Assembly: GCA_965248435.1 (NCBI GenBank)
Contig: OZ252100.1
Coordinates: 960,001-1,024,000, forward strand
DNA length: 64,000 bases
Direction of reading: 5' to 3'
Origin: Candidatus Latescibacterota bacterium
GTDB taxonomy: Bacteria > Latescibacterota > UBA2968 > GCA-2709665
Shown: piece by piece, positions 47,207 through 57,413 of the stretch
How positions within the stretch are numbered: the first letter of the stretch is position 1
How the letters are laid out: every line of letters begins with the position of its first letter
Made by a program: the position numbers and the translations under genes
Notes under the pieces: model-generated
Databases searched by the model: none
The model's input: only the letters and a program-made list of their open reading frames with translations
What the model was told of the DNA's origin: nothing

Positions 47207-48577
47207 CTACTTCTCAGGCTTCTTATCGGCCAATGTAGCCTCTACTATTGCCGACAGATTACCTCTCAGCTCGGGTCCGTTGTTTATTAATACTCTCCCA
47301 TCACGAGAAATTAGTACATAGTGAGGAATCCATGACACGTTGAAATGATTTACCAGGTCCTCAGAATAAGCCTGGTTCCAGCTTACTTCCTTTCTCTGCA
47401 GAAATTCCCGATAACTTCCCTCTCTCGCTCTCTCTTTCGCGCTCAAAACACCGATTATTTCGAATCCTTCTCCTCTAAATTTCTCATAGACTTCTGAAAG
47501 CTTTGGCAGGTCTTCCAAGCAGGGGCCACACCAAATTGCCCAGAAGTCCAGCAGGGTCACCTTGCCATGAAAGTCACTCAGTTCTACGGTTGTTCCATCA
47601 AATTTCGTTAGGGAAAAATTGGGAACCTTTGCCCCGCTTTGCAACATAGCCAAATCTACAGACTTGCTTTCTTGCTGTTTGCCTCTCTTTCTTTCCAACA
47701 GAACGGTCCTGCCATCAGGTGAAGCATATGCAAGTTGCAGAATCTCATCGAAAATCTGGAATGGCCGATCGTGCCTGAAGGCCTCCCAATTCCCAAAAGT
47801 TCCATCACCATCGAAATCCACGCAAACCGACACCATGTCAAGCAGGTCGTATGTCGCCGGATGCCCATTTGTACTAAGCGCAACAGCCAGTTCCTTTCCA
47901 TTTACAGTAATAACACCCCTACGGTACTCGGCGACCTGCCCCTTATATACAGTGCGTCCCTGCCTATAGTTTTCCAATCTAAACATCCTGAAGTCGACTG
48001 TATCTGATCTCACTACACCTCTATCTAAGTATTCGAATTGAGCCTGAGACTGTGCCTGGCTCACTCCGACTCGTTCGTGGTCAGCCCAGCTTAGCATCTT
48101 TTCGTTTGCAAGATCTTCATCATTGTTAGTGTCGATGATCAAGAACTCTTCACCCCCGCTAGTGCCCACGACGAAATCAATCATGCTATCGACGCCTGAA
48201 CCTAGCGGATAATCAGGCCCGAGACGGTACAGGGTGCTGGTCCTTAGGTTCCTCCGTGCAGCCTCATCAAGATGTTGAAAGTGTACTGGACGCTCCGGCG
48301 TCTTGTAAATATCGACTAACTCCTCTTTGCCGCTCAACTCAGAGTAGCCATAGTATTCCACAAGAAAGCCCTGTGGCATACCCACGAGGTCGTGAAAGGG
48401 CTCCTTGCCAATTCGACCGATGTCTTCAAAATCGTCAAATCCGCCGATGAACAGCGAAGTATCACTGGCTGCGTGCAATTTCACTTCTAGATACTCTGGT
48501 GGTTGTGCGTTACTGAAAGTTACTAAGAAGAGGATGACCGACGGAATCTTCAGAAAGGATCTATGTGTAAACGCCAT
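47207..48577 (-). CDS. Exported TlpA/redoxin family disulfide reductase with a long N-terminal region
   Basis: Signal peptide; LDFWAIWCGPC and WIPHYVLISRDG motifs; GGAGG RBS. Confidence 0.88.
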   Translation of the reverse strand: MAFTHRSFLKIPSVILFLVTFSNAQPPEYLEVKLHAASDTSLFIGGFDDFEDIGRIGKEPFHDLVGMPQGFLVEYYGYSELSGKEELVDIYKTPERPVHFQHLDEAARRNLRTSTLYRLGPDYPLGSGVDSMIDFVVGTSGGEEFLIIDTNNDEDLANEKMLSWADHERVGVSQAQSQAQFEYLDRGVVRSDTVDFRMFRLENYRQGRTVYKGQVAEYRRGVITVNGKELAVALSTNGHPATYDLLDMVSVCVDFDGDGTFGNWEAFRHDRPFQIFDEILQLAYASPDGRTVLLERKRGKQQESKSVDLAMLQSGAKVPNFSLTKFDGTTVELSDFHGKVTLLDFWAIWCGPCLEDLPKLSEVYEKFRGEGFEIIGVLSAKERAREGSYREFLQRKEVSWNQAYSEDLVNHFNVSWIPHYVLISRDGRVLINNGPELRGNLSAIVEATLADKKPEK

Positions 48578-48750
48578 CTTAACCTCCACTATTCGTTGGA
48601 CGATTCGAATGCCCAATTAGAGACGGTTTCCTGCAGCGAGCAATCGTGTCCCGTGGTCAAACGGAAAGTTAAGGAGATTTAATGGAGTCTTAGTAAAGAA
48701 AAGGAACCCGCTGGTCGGAGGCAGCAGGGGAGGGGAAAGATCTTGGTCAA

Positions 48751-49710
48751 TCACACTTTCTTTGGTCGCTTTGGGCGCGATCTTCCACTGCTATAAATAG
48801 GATACTCGTAGCCCTTCAGAACGTTATCGACTGTATCGTTCTGCCCAGACCCGGCCCGAGGTCGTCGAACAGTCTGCCTCTTTCTATGCTTACTGGCCCT
48901 TTCAAGGGCCGCCTTCGCCTTCCCGAATACGACTCGGCTGATGATGGGCTCGTGTTCCCCTTTCACCTTGAGGTCAGCATGCCGGACCACACCAATATGG
49001 AAGTCATTGGTGAGCATATCGTGTAGGGCCTGCCAAGAGAACGGCTTCCCCTTCCGGTTCTTGACGTCCATGATCTTGAGATATCGTTCGAGTGCCCTGA
49101 TTTGCCCGACCTTCAGGAAGGCCCTGAAGATCTTCTTCACCTGGGGGGCCTCTTCAGGATGGGGCTCGATGAATTTCTGAATGTTCCTTCCATCTACCTT
49201 TGTTGCCCACATGTAGCCGTATGGGGCCTCACCACAGGGCTTGAGGCCCTTCAGGGCCCTTGCCCGTCTGCCACGTTTTAGACGCTGAGCGATCACTAGC
49301 CTCTCCCAGGCATTGAGCAGCCCGATCATCCCACTCACCAGAAACTGGTTCGGGTCGTTTTCTGAGTAAATCGTGAAAGTGGGCTCATCGACAGCCCTGA
49401 TATCTTTCTTAACGTCTCTCACCGCCTTGATGATCATGGCCTGGGGATAGATATCTCTCCAGAGCCTAGAGGTCGAAGCGGTGACGATATAGTCGATATC
49501 GTTCAGATTCCCGAGCATCGCCTCAAGCCTCTCCCTTTCGAGGCTCGCCCCCGAAACAGCTTCATCGACGTATTCCTCGAGAACCCTGATCTGGTTGGCC
49601 GCGCAGTAATCTCTGCAGAGCCTGAGTTGAACATCGAGGCCCTGACCATCGAGCTGGGTCCCTGTTGAGACCCTGGCGTAGATATGAGCCCGCTTCTTTC
49701 GTTGTGCCAT
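48751..49710 (-). CDS. Serine recombinase (resolvase catalytic domain + recombinase DNA-binding domain)
   Basis: YARVST..Q, SG....R..L, SRLWR, ER..I..RLKRG, APYGY and GEHEPII motifs; no Zn-ribbon/coiled coil after the recombinase domain. Confidence 0.93.
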   Translation of the reverse strand: MAQRKKRAHIYARVSTGTQLDGQGLDVQLRLCRDYCAANQIRVLEEYVDEAVSGASLERERLEAMLGNLNDIDYIVTASTSRLWRDIYPQAMIIKAVRDVKKDIRAVDEPTFTIYSENDPNQFLVSGMIGLLNAWERLVIAQRLKRGRRARALKGLKPCGEAPYGYMWATKVDGRNIQKFIEPHPEEAPQVKKIFRAFLKVGQIRALERYLKIMDVKNRKGKPFSWQALHDMLTNDFHIGVVRHADLKVKGEHEPIISRVVFGKAKAALERASKHRKRQTVRRPRAGSGQNDTVDNVLKGYEYPIYSSGRSRPKRPKKV

Positions 49711-50027
49711 CTGCCAATTTCCTTGTAACATTCTGTTGCCATTAACCACTTGTCGTAAGTGACTGAAATATAGCAGTTTATGTATAACTGTTCAAGAGTT
49801 ATTTATGTCTCTTAACGTTCAGGAACGGGAGTTGACAGGATTCAGGTGGGGCAGGGTGGGCATAACTTAATGAGAATGATGTAGTTAGGGGAATTTTCAG
49901 TTTGGCAGGATGCGGAGAGTGGCGGGAGACTTAGGCTTAACACTACTGATAATAACGTGTTATGGTAGCATATGGAAGCAGAGCGCCCGATTGAGAGCCA
50001 GCCAATGCTCTATTCACCGAATCCAGC

Positions 50028-50140
50028 GGAAATTTGGTCGTTCTCCACCGTAGCCAACTATTACAGGGGTGCGCGGAGAACATCCTGGAAATCCTGAGGA
50101 AGGTCGTCTCAGGGGGGGATTCGAACAAAATCGAGGGGGT
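50028..50140. repeat. Diverged inverted copy of the attC-inserted element
   Basis: GGAAATTTGGTCG.TCTCC ... GGAGAAC...GGA.ATCCT.AGGAAG ... GGATTC ... AAAAT.GAG.GGGGT blocks colinear with the reverse complement of 17117-17232. Confidence 0.7.
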
Positions 50141-50190
50141 CCTAAGTCGGAAAGAGGGGCTCAAAACGAGTGAATTCTGGAGATTTCATA

Positions 50191-50203
50191 TAAGTGATTG
50201 ATT
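50191..50203 (-). promoter_or_regulatory. IHF consensus site
   Basis: Reverse complement AATCAA-TCAC-TTA fits WATCAANNNNTTR; a near-match at 49756-49768. Confidence 0.45.
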
Positions 50204-50680
50204 TCAGTGGTCTTATACCAGAATCCCGTAAGATCGTTCGGAATCAGCCTCTCCCTAGGCCCCCAGATCACTCCCAGATCGGCCCTTCCCTCGATTCTCC
50301 TCCTGGGCCATCGGATGTAGATCGCACCCCAGCAGGGCAGCATCGGGAGGTTGCTTTCTTGTCCCGCGCATAGTCGGGTACCGGTCTCGAGGAGTGGCCA
50401 CCCCATTAGACCCACTTTCTGCCTCACACGACCTTATCCCACTATGGCCCTCACCATTACTGCTACCCCTGCCATGGTCCTCACTCTGACCTCACTCAGA
50501 TCCACCCCATTTCGGTCGTTACCCACATGACCAACCTTCCTCGCTGCCACCTCCGCACCTGGCCCTCGCTTCTGCTCCCCTAGGCTATCCCCCTTATATC
50601 TCGGCCTTTCGGCCTTTTCCACCTTCCTTGCTGCTACCCTTCCGCTTCACTACTGCTTTCTCAACCTATTCTCCCATGGG

Positions 50681-50879
50681 CCATCAACTCTTTTCTCCAT
50701 TGAAAAGAAGCCCCACCGGTCATCTCAAATCCCCAGGGCTCTCCATTAATGTGGCATATTCTTATGCTAGGCTTGGCTCCTAAATGCCTAAGGCTTCTCT
50801 AGCTATTCTGCCGTTCTCCTACAACCTCAGCGACCCTACATTACTAATAACGTTCTCTTCCTCTTTTCTCCTGTTTCCT
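50681..50879 (+). repeat. ~200-bp diverged direct repeat, copy A
   Basis: Colinear with 63019-63216 (e.g. ATCCCCAGGGCTCTCCAT, ACCCTACATTACTAA). Confidence 0.8.
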
Positions 50880-50904
50880 TCAGAGGGACGGAAAAGGAGG
50901 TGCC

Positions 50905-51009
50905 ATGAAAGCTGTGGAGGAACTCAGGGGGCGCTTGATTGAAGACTTCGAAAAGGTTGAACTGACTAATTATCAATTACGCCCAAGGCAGGAGAGAACT
51001 AAAATCTGA
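50905..51009 (+). pseudogene. Small ORF or frameshifted helical-protein remnant
   Basis: AAGGAGGT RBS, MKAVEELRGRLIEDFEKV...; a plausible continuation lies in another frame to about 51088. Confidence 0.35.
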
Positions 51010-51225
51010 GCGAGATGGGCTGGAGGAAGCTGTTCAGATCAAGATGGCCGTGCTGAGGGGATGTCTGCAGAATAGAAGACGAAAATGAATGTAATTGCTA
51101 TCCATCTTTTTCAATTGCTAGACGGCACATTACTATATCCCGTAGTCGGCTTTCGGCCAACAGTGTCCACCTAAGCAATAGCTTTTTGTAAGATGACTCC
51201 TCCTGTGGTGTAATCACCTGCAACC

Positions 51226-53343
51226 TTAACCGTTAGTGGCAGCGCTCCATACAGAAACCCGGCTGTTACTTATCTGGGAGTAAAGATACTCGAAGTAGTT
51301 GATGTCAATCTTACGCCAACTCACAATACCACGAAGATTACCGCCGGGCTGGTAGGTAAGTAAGTCGTCTACCCTGGACGCGATTACAATCCGCTGATCC
51401 TTCTCGCCAACGAATGCAAAGTCCCAGCCTTGGTAGTCAGCCAGCTCTCCGCCAAGCATATCTAGACTGAACGCCCATAGCTTAAGCCTGGATGGGGACC
51501 CCGCAAGGAGGTGCTCGACCTGCGTCTTATATGAATCGACTGTTTCTTGCAGTTGGTCACGAGTATCAAAGATTATAGTTCGATGGATCCAAAGAGCATT
51601 GGAAAGCGGTTTGAGTGCAGAATTCTCTTCGAGGGCTAATAGCTGCTCCAAGTATTTGGGTTGGCAGACCGCACGGACCGGGCTATTGCTAAACGCGTGT
51701 GATGTTAAACCAAATACGTCCATGCATTCCACGCGGCCAGAACAAATGTCTTGAAACATGGTGACGCAATCCTGGATCTCATAATACTTCTCTAGCTGTT
51801 GCGGTATCGGAGCCAAATCTGGTTCACTAATTCTTCTCCATCCCGCACTCATGTCGGATGCGCCGATTGTAGACGGGCGACGTGCTATTTCGTCTAGAAT
51901 ATAGGGAGGAAATGTATCTTCATCACCTGGATACATCTGTTTCGTGTCGACACCAACAGAATAATGATTCAGAGCGAACAAGCCATCGTACTTAAGGGAT
52001 TCTGGGAGCGAAACTAACGACTGATAACACTCTGGGCACAATCCAGTTGGAATGTTCTGACGGACAATTGCCCAGACTTCACTGCCACGGTGACTCAGAG
52101 ATTCTATTTTGAGGGATCGAATATTCTTAACCGCAACTCGCTTTCTCTCTAGCTCCTCGGTCACCAACTTAGCGCCGCCCGACAGCACCCCAAAGAGCTT
52201 GGACACAAAGCCAACCTGTTTAACCAGGCCAAGTTTTTCCTCAATGTCCCTGGTCTCATTGACACTGAATTCTGAAGTACCGCCAACTTCGTGAGTCAAT
52301 CGCTGAATGATGCGACCATGTATCAGGGGACGTTCCTCATTATCGCTCAACGGCCTTTTCGTGAAATACAAAGCGACTGAATGACCGAACTTTCCAAAAA
52401 TCGATGACAGGCTGAAAAGAAGTGCACTCCCCACTAGAATCGGCAGAACAATTAGGATCAACCAAACGGAGTCAGTACTGGTGAGAAGTGAATAGAGGTC
52501 ATTTGGGTGGGTAACTGGTCTTGCTGCGAGAAAATCGATTCCAACGACATAGAACTTGTTACGAGCAATGGGAATCTTCTTGTAAAGCGTTCGAACCGCC
52601 GAGATTGAGCTCGTAAAGTCGTCGTACAGGAAGGTCAAGCCCATACTTTCGGGGATCTCTTGGCGATCGTCGGATTTTCCAGTTGCGGTCTTGTACCAGG
52701 GTCTGGTTCTTGGGTCGTACGGTACGTCGGAATTTCTCCAGAGGTCACTATTCCCTGGCCAAACGACAAACGTGCCGTTTTGTGATGCAATATACACCCA
52801 CGCTATTTGCAGAGAAGGAAAGGCTTCTTTGATGTTATCATCTAGACGAAGAATCTCGGCCATGCGATTCGAGTAGGCTGAGAACGACCGAGTTTGGGAC
52901 TCTTCCACTAGAAACCTTCTGCGTATCGCAGTGATGAACTGTGCAAACCTCCCGAGTTCATCATCAACATCATCGCCCTCACGCTGCCTCACGTAGGTAC
53001 CGAATTGATAGTTGACATCGATGGCCTGGAAATCAGAAGCAGTGGAATTCCAAGTGACATCTCCGTCAGCCACTTCCCAGCTTTGATCGCTCGCTCGTAT
53101 ATCTTTCTGCCAGCCGTCGACAGCGGTCTTTCTTACATCTAAAGTAAAGTCGTCGATGGCACTAGACAAACCGTCAAAGAGCGACATATCCGACCAGGCG
53201 TTGTTGTGCCATAACCAAAGCCTATCGGCTTGGCGAACGTATCCCTGGAGCGACACCAGTAAAAAAAACAGAAATACAAGGATAGACCCAGTCGCCGAGA
53301 GCCTCAAAATTTTCCGCCTGGCCACCCTTCGCACTCTATCCAT
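51226..53343 (-). CDS. Membrane protein with an extracytoplasmic dCache_1-like sensor and an unrecognised cytoplasmic region
   Basis: Two TM segments flanking YDPRTRPWY...Y.D; start at MDRV after AAGGAG. Confidence 0.75.
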   Translation of the reverse strand: MDRVRRVARRKILRLSATGSILVFLFFLLVSLQGYVRQADRLWLWHNNAWSDMSLFDGLSSAIDDFTLDVRKTAVDGWQKDIRASDQSWEVADGDVTWNSTASDFQAIDVNYQFGTYVRQREGDDVDDELGRFAQFITAIRRRFLVEESQTRSFSAYSNRMAEILRLDDNIKEAFPSLQIAWVYIASQNGTFVVWPGNSDLWRNSDVPYDPRTRPWYKTATGKSDDRQEIPESMGLTFLYDDFTSSISAVRTLYKKIPIARNKFYVVGIDFLAARPVTHPNDLYSLLTSTDSVWLILIVLPILVGSALLFSLSSIFGKFGHSVALYFTKRPLSDNEERPLIHGRIIQRLTHEVGGTSEFSVNETRDIEEKLGLVKQVGFVSKLFGVLSGGAKLVTEELERKRVAVKNIRSLKIESLSHRGSEVWAIVRQNIPTGLCPECYQSLVSLPESLKYDGLFALNHYSVGVDTKQMYPGDEDTFPPYILDEIARRPSTIGASDMSAGWRRISEPDLAPIPQQLEKYYEIQDCVTMFQDICSGRVECMDVFGLTSHAFSNSPVRAVCQPKYLEQLLALEENSALKPLSNALWIHRTIIFDTRDQLQETVDSYKTQVEHLLAGSPSRLKLWAFSLDMLGGELADYQGWDFAFVGEKDQRIVIASRVDDLLTYQPGGNLRGIVSWRKIDINYFEYLYSQISNSRVSVWSAATNG

Positions 53344-53529
53344 TGCTGCTCTCCTTTTAAACCTTCTGCATTCGGTTGTTGGCAACTCCGCGTTTACCGT
53401 ACCACTGGTTAACGTAACGGCACTTCGTCGACGCATCTTATGATGAATTCTAAATATCCGATCAATTTAATTGCTGAAACCATACCCTTACTTCTCAACA
53501 TCAAACGTCGCCTCACCAAGGGAAGCTAC

Positions 53530-54992
53530 TCAATTCGCTGGTCTGCAGTTGTGCTTTGTTTTTCCTGTTGGTGCTGGCCCCGTTCGTTTGTTCGCTTGGC
53601 CGATATGTCTTACAGCCCAGCAGTTGTTATCGTGGTAGAGGTTGCTGTTTTTGCTCCAGGTGAACGAGGGAGTTCCTTGAGGTGGTGGAGTGTTGTGGGT
53701 GAACCATATGGGCGCTGTCCAGGCGTCGTCGTTGAGGTCGTCGCGTTTCCTGTCTGATCCTCTTTCGCCGGTGTCGTTTATGGTAATGTCCGTTCCTTGG
53801 CCCTTTGGATTGTCTTTGCCGTTCTCTTCGGTGATGTGGAGATAGAGGTATTCTCCACTTACGACTGGCACAGGGATTGTGTGTTGTTACCTCCTCTTAG
53901 AATGTGCGTGTCCCAAGTACTTGCTTGTCGTCCGCCGATGCCGTCTGGGTCGCTGACGATGCTGACCGTGTAGGGACCTTCGTCTGTCGAATCTCCGTCT
54001 GAGCCTGTGCTTTGCCAGATCTTGACTAGAAGTTCAACGTCAGCTTCAGCTATTTGGAGGGGCACGGTATCTCCCATCCAGTACGTATTGCCGTTGTAGC
54101 GCGCCTGGAATGCCACGACGAGTTCATCGTCTTCAGTGGCGTAAGCTCTGTTTGCTTTGAATCCGTTCACAAGGCCTTGGAATGAGACCTCGTTGGCCCA
54201 TACGGCTGTTCGTGCCGCAGATACGGTTCCCCAGTTGGTTCGATGTGTGTCTTGGTTGGCTGAGGGTGCGATGTGAAATCCATAGTTGAGAAATCGTTTG
54301 TAGTAATTCTCCCATTGGGCGTCCCGGTGGACCTTGTCCTCGCTTTCCTTATCGGGCCCATTGAGGTGGCCTCCCGCGACGCTGGTGATGATTGAGATCG
54401 TTTTGATCACAGGGTCAGTTGCGCGCACGAAGGCTTGCGAGCTGTCATAGAGTGCGATTCCGAAGTTGCCTACTCGCCTATTCCTGTTTGATTTCCGCTT
54501 CCATCCATGAGGATGATTAAGTTGGACGAATTCCGCGTGTTGTTTTGCCCACTCGTAGAGATCATCGTAGTCTTTATCTTTGATCCTGTCCGGTGGCGGT
54601 GTCCTTGAGCCGAAAATGTTGAGGTGGTTGCCTGTTGCAGTGTTGCCCCACTCTATAGCCGGGACCGCCACGAACTCTCCCGCGTGGTCGCTGTTGTACT
54701 GCATGGCAACGTCATAGAGGAGCGTCTTGTATTCCTGCCGTGTCATGCTGAGCCTGTGAGAGCTATCAGTTGCTTTGTGGTGGTCAGTGATAGCCAGGAA
54801 GTCCAGGCCGTTTTGGTGGGCATAGGGGAATGCCTTGTCGGGGAGCATTTCGTCGCCAACATGCTTGATGTCATCTGAGAGTTTTGAGTGCGCATGTAGG
54901 TTTCCGAAGAGAACAACCTTGTCGTCATGGCTTGGCTTTTCCGCCCAAGCCGTCGTGCTCAGAGCGATGATGATGAACAATAGTCGCGTCAT
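53530..54992 (-). pseudogene. Secreted PHP-domain (CehA/McbA-like) metallohydrolase split by a frameshift near 53880
   Basis: GNLHAHS..SD, TDH, GH.N, NHP and QDTH in ORF 53859-54992; the expected terminal AWTAPIW lies in overlapping ORF 53530-53871. Confidence 0.75.
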
Positions 54993-55083
54993 GGATTCCT
55001 CCTCTGTCTATTAGGATTGGCGTAGATGTGGAGAATTGAGCTTGCTTCTGGATTCAACCTTGTTTCACGTCTCAGTCAGGAAT

Positions 55084-55307
55084 AAAAAAAACCCAGAGGC
55101 TGTCCTGCCATCTAGGACGCATCTGGGTTTCATGAAAAGCACCTACATAGGCGACGATTCCTCCCCGGCAGAAACCTTGCCTCACCACACAGAGTGCGCT
55201 CAGTCTAAATCGTCATAGACCGGATTGGCTCCGCGGAATACCATTTGAAATCTGGATTCCGGACGCCGCCAAACTTAAATTTGCAACTGTTTCCCCAGTT
55301 TTGTCAA
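55084..55307 (-). ncRNA. Promoter + structured leader + terminator motif, copy 1
   Basis: Conserved with 60663-60841; GGCGGCG/CGTCGCC stem and ACCCAGA...TCTGGGT-T tract. Confidence 0.65.
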
Positions 55308-55388
55308 AGCTTTTTTTGATTGTGTCATAGATGAGGCTTCTAACTGAACTCCGGACATATTCGGGATCCCCTCCGGGAGAGGTGAGTC

Positions 55389-55541
55389 TCATCCGTAGCG
55401 ACCCGCCTGAGTGGCGAACATTTCAGCATATCGGCCTCCGTGGTTGACTAGCTCCTCGTGGGAACCCTGTTCAATCAACCTGCCTTTGTGCAAGACCAAG
55501 ATATGGTCGGCCATCCGAACCGTTGAGAATCGATGCGAAAC
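55389..55541 (-). pseudogene. C-terminal fragment of an ABC transporter ATP-binding protein
   Basis: Hand translation VSHRFSTVRMADHILVLHKGRLIEQGSHEEL...GRYAEMF..QA; the upstream part is absent. Confidence 0.85.
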
Positions 55542-55715
55542 CTTCAGAAAGGAGCCCACGGCCAGGGCTCTACTGAAAGACCGAGGACAACTGTGATGGA
55601 GTCTCCTCTCGGGAAGGGTTTCTGAGAAGCCACAAACACGTTATAGAGAGCAACCAGCCGAGCCGTCCCCTCGACGAAGACCTTAAGGCGTGACCAGCTT
55701 AAGAACAGTTAGCGA

Positions 55716-57413
55716 TCAAACGACCAAGCGAACGAATGAAGGTACTCCGGTTCCAAGTTTTCCTCGCAAAAGCAATCTTGCAAGACGTAGTCCTGCTTTA
55801 AGCCAACCAAGAGGTGGGGTAAGGAGCTCGACTACCAATGGAATCGCTCTGGAGAGAAAAACAGATGTTTCGAGAAAAGCTCCAGCCGTGGCGTCGATTT
55901 TCTTAACGTGCGACCCGATGTCCTCTTGGTTGAGAGTGTTCTCGATCCTACTCACTGCATCAAAGTCAAAATCGAAGTCGGTGGTGAGCCCTGCCGTGGT
56001 GATGATCCGCTTCCCAAAAATGAATCTGATCGCGGTCCTAAAAGTCTCATACGCTTCTTTGATCTCAGCAATCAGCGATTTCGCTCCGTTCTTTACCCAC
56101 CGAAAGAAATCATGGATCGCGGATAGGACGGCCGAGATTCCTTGCTTGATTACCTGGGCAATCTTCCCGAAGAACGCTCTCAGCCCACCCCAGAATCCAC
56201 GTCCGTTCCTGGTCTTCCTCTTGTGTTTCCTTTGTTTAGCCTCCTCGACGAGTTCCTCGTCGATTAGATCGCTCAGGCCAACGTAGAAACCATTCCGGTC
56301 GGGGGCCCGTATCCCTTCTGCAATCGAATCAATCTCTCTCGAGATGGAAGTTCTTCTCCCGTACACAGCATCTACACTCTGAAAGACGGAACCGAAAAAG
56401 AATTTTGCATTAATAGCCCAGTGATTCCTACTGAGCTTTATGAGAAAGGACTTCTCATCTACGACGGGGGACGTTTGGTTGTAATTGACCATCTGTGCGA
56501 AATGCTCAATTGCTTGGTGACTCAAGCTCCCCATGTCATTATCGAGTTTTCCAACATATGTACCCTGAAGCCACAGCCTAAGCTGCACGAGCCTAATGAC
56601 CAACCTATTGACTTCGTCCTCTTCGAAAGCCCGTACTTCGTCAAATTCGCCTCCTCGCAAACCTCTCTGAGTTCTTCTTCTTACGGGACTGTTTGGGATC
56701 TTTCTGAGTATGTATCTGGTTGCCTTGTCGATCAGAGGCACGACAGAGCGATTCGCTTTTTGAGGGAGGAGTTCGAATGACTCAGAGAGGAGTTTTCTGA
56801 CATTGCGGTACTTCCCTACTTCAGACCAGTCCGATCTCTGGAAGAACACCACCCCGAAATAGCTACTCCCTTCAAATTCGTCCATCTCGTTGATTCGTCT
56901 GATGAGTGAAACGACATCTCCAGCTAGTTCGATGACCCGACTAAGAGATCGTACGGACAACCAACCTTTTAGTTTCGCAAGTGCGGATTCTGCACTCTCG
57001 GTAACGACTGGCCCAGCCTTTTCTGGCACTATTGACAGAGCGCTGAGTCGGTAGGCTAGAATGCGAGAGAGGATTCTGTCGCCTGATATCTCCGAAAGCG
57101 AGAATTGGTGAAGAGCGAACTCATTTTCCAAGGAGCTGATGCGCCCAAGGAATGCGACTTCCTCTGGTGAGAGAAAGGGTGATTCGACAGTCGCCGGCTT
57201 CGGTTCGATGATCGTGGCTGAGAGATCTGACCGGAATTCGACAATGCCCTCCGCGACCTCCGCAGGCGATGGTCGTTGGTCCGAATTCTGGTAGATATCG
57301 ATGTATCCCAGATAGTCCAGAAGTTCTTCGGATTCATCCTGCTGTACGTCTTCAAATCGACCAGTTGTAAGCCCCTGAAAAATCTCTGAATCGAATGTAT
57401 CCAGGATGCTCAT
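55716..57413 (-). CDS. Hypothetical protein with a peptidoglycan-binding-like motif and amphipathic C-terminal helices
   Basis: LVQLRLWLQGTYVGKLDNDMGSLSHQAI resembles PG_binding_1. Confidence 0.65.
   Translation of the reverse strand: MSILDTFDSEIFQGLTTGRFEDVQQDESEELLDYLGYIDIYQNSDQRPSPAEVAEGIVEFRSDLSATIIEPKPATVESPFLSPEEVAFLGRISSLENEFALHQFSLSEISGDRILSRILAYRLSALSIVPEKAGPVVTESAESALAKLKGWLSVRSLSRVIELAGDVVSLIRRINEMDEFEGSSYFGVVFFQRSDWSEVGKYRNVRKLLSESFELLPQKANRSVVPLIDKATRYILRKIPNSPVRRRTQRGLRGGEFDEVRAFEEDEVNRLVIRLVQLRLWLQGTYVGKLDNDMGSLSHQAIEHFAQMVNYNQTSPVVDEKSFLIKLSRNHWAINAKFFFGSVFQSVDAVYGRRTSISREIDSIAEGIRAPDRNGFYVGLSDLIDEELVEEAKQRKHKRKTRNGRGFWGGLRAFFGKIAQVIKQGISAVLSAIHDFFRWVKNGAKSLIAEIKEAYETFRTAIRFIFGKRIITTAGLTTDFDFDFDAVSRIENTLNQEDIGSHVKKIDATAGAFLETSVFLSRAIPLVVELLTPPLGWLKAGLRLARLLLRGKLGTGVPSFVRLVV

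Noticed and set aside
232-48620. Numerous plus-strand and nested alternative-frame ORFs in the ORF track
   Set aside because: They are shadows of well-supported minus-strand genes or read through attC palindromes; no family motifs.
49943-50622. Short ORFs upstream of the recombinase as a directionality factor
   Set aside because: No RBS or recognisable motifs; low-complexity strand-biased DNA.
55084-55270. c-di-AMP, c-di-GMP, T-box or ykkC riboswitch assignment
   Set aside because: The hallmark conserved sequences of these families were not found by eye.
55695-55716. attC downstream of the 565-aa gene (GTTAGCG next to its stop), and similarly GTTAGTT at 63313
   Set aside because: No matching AAC end or complementary arms at a suitable distance.
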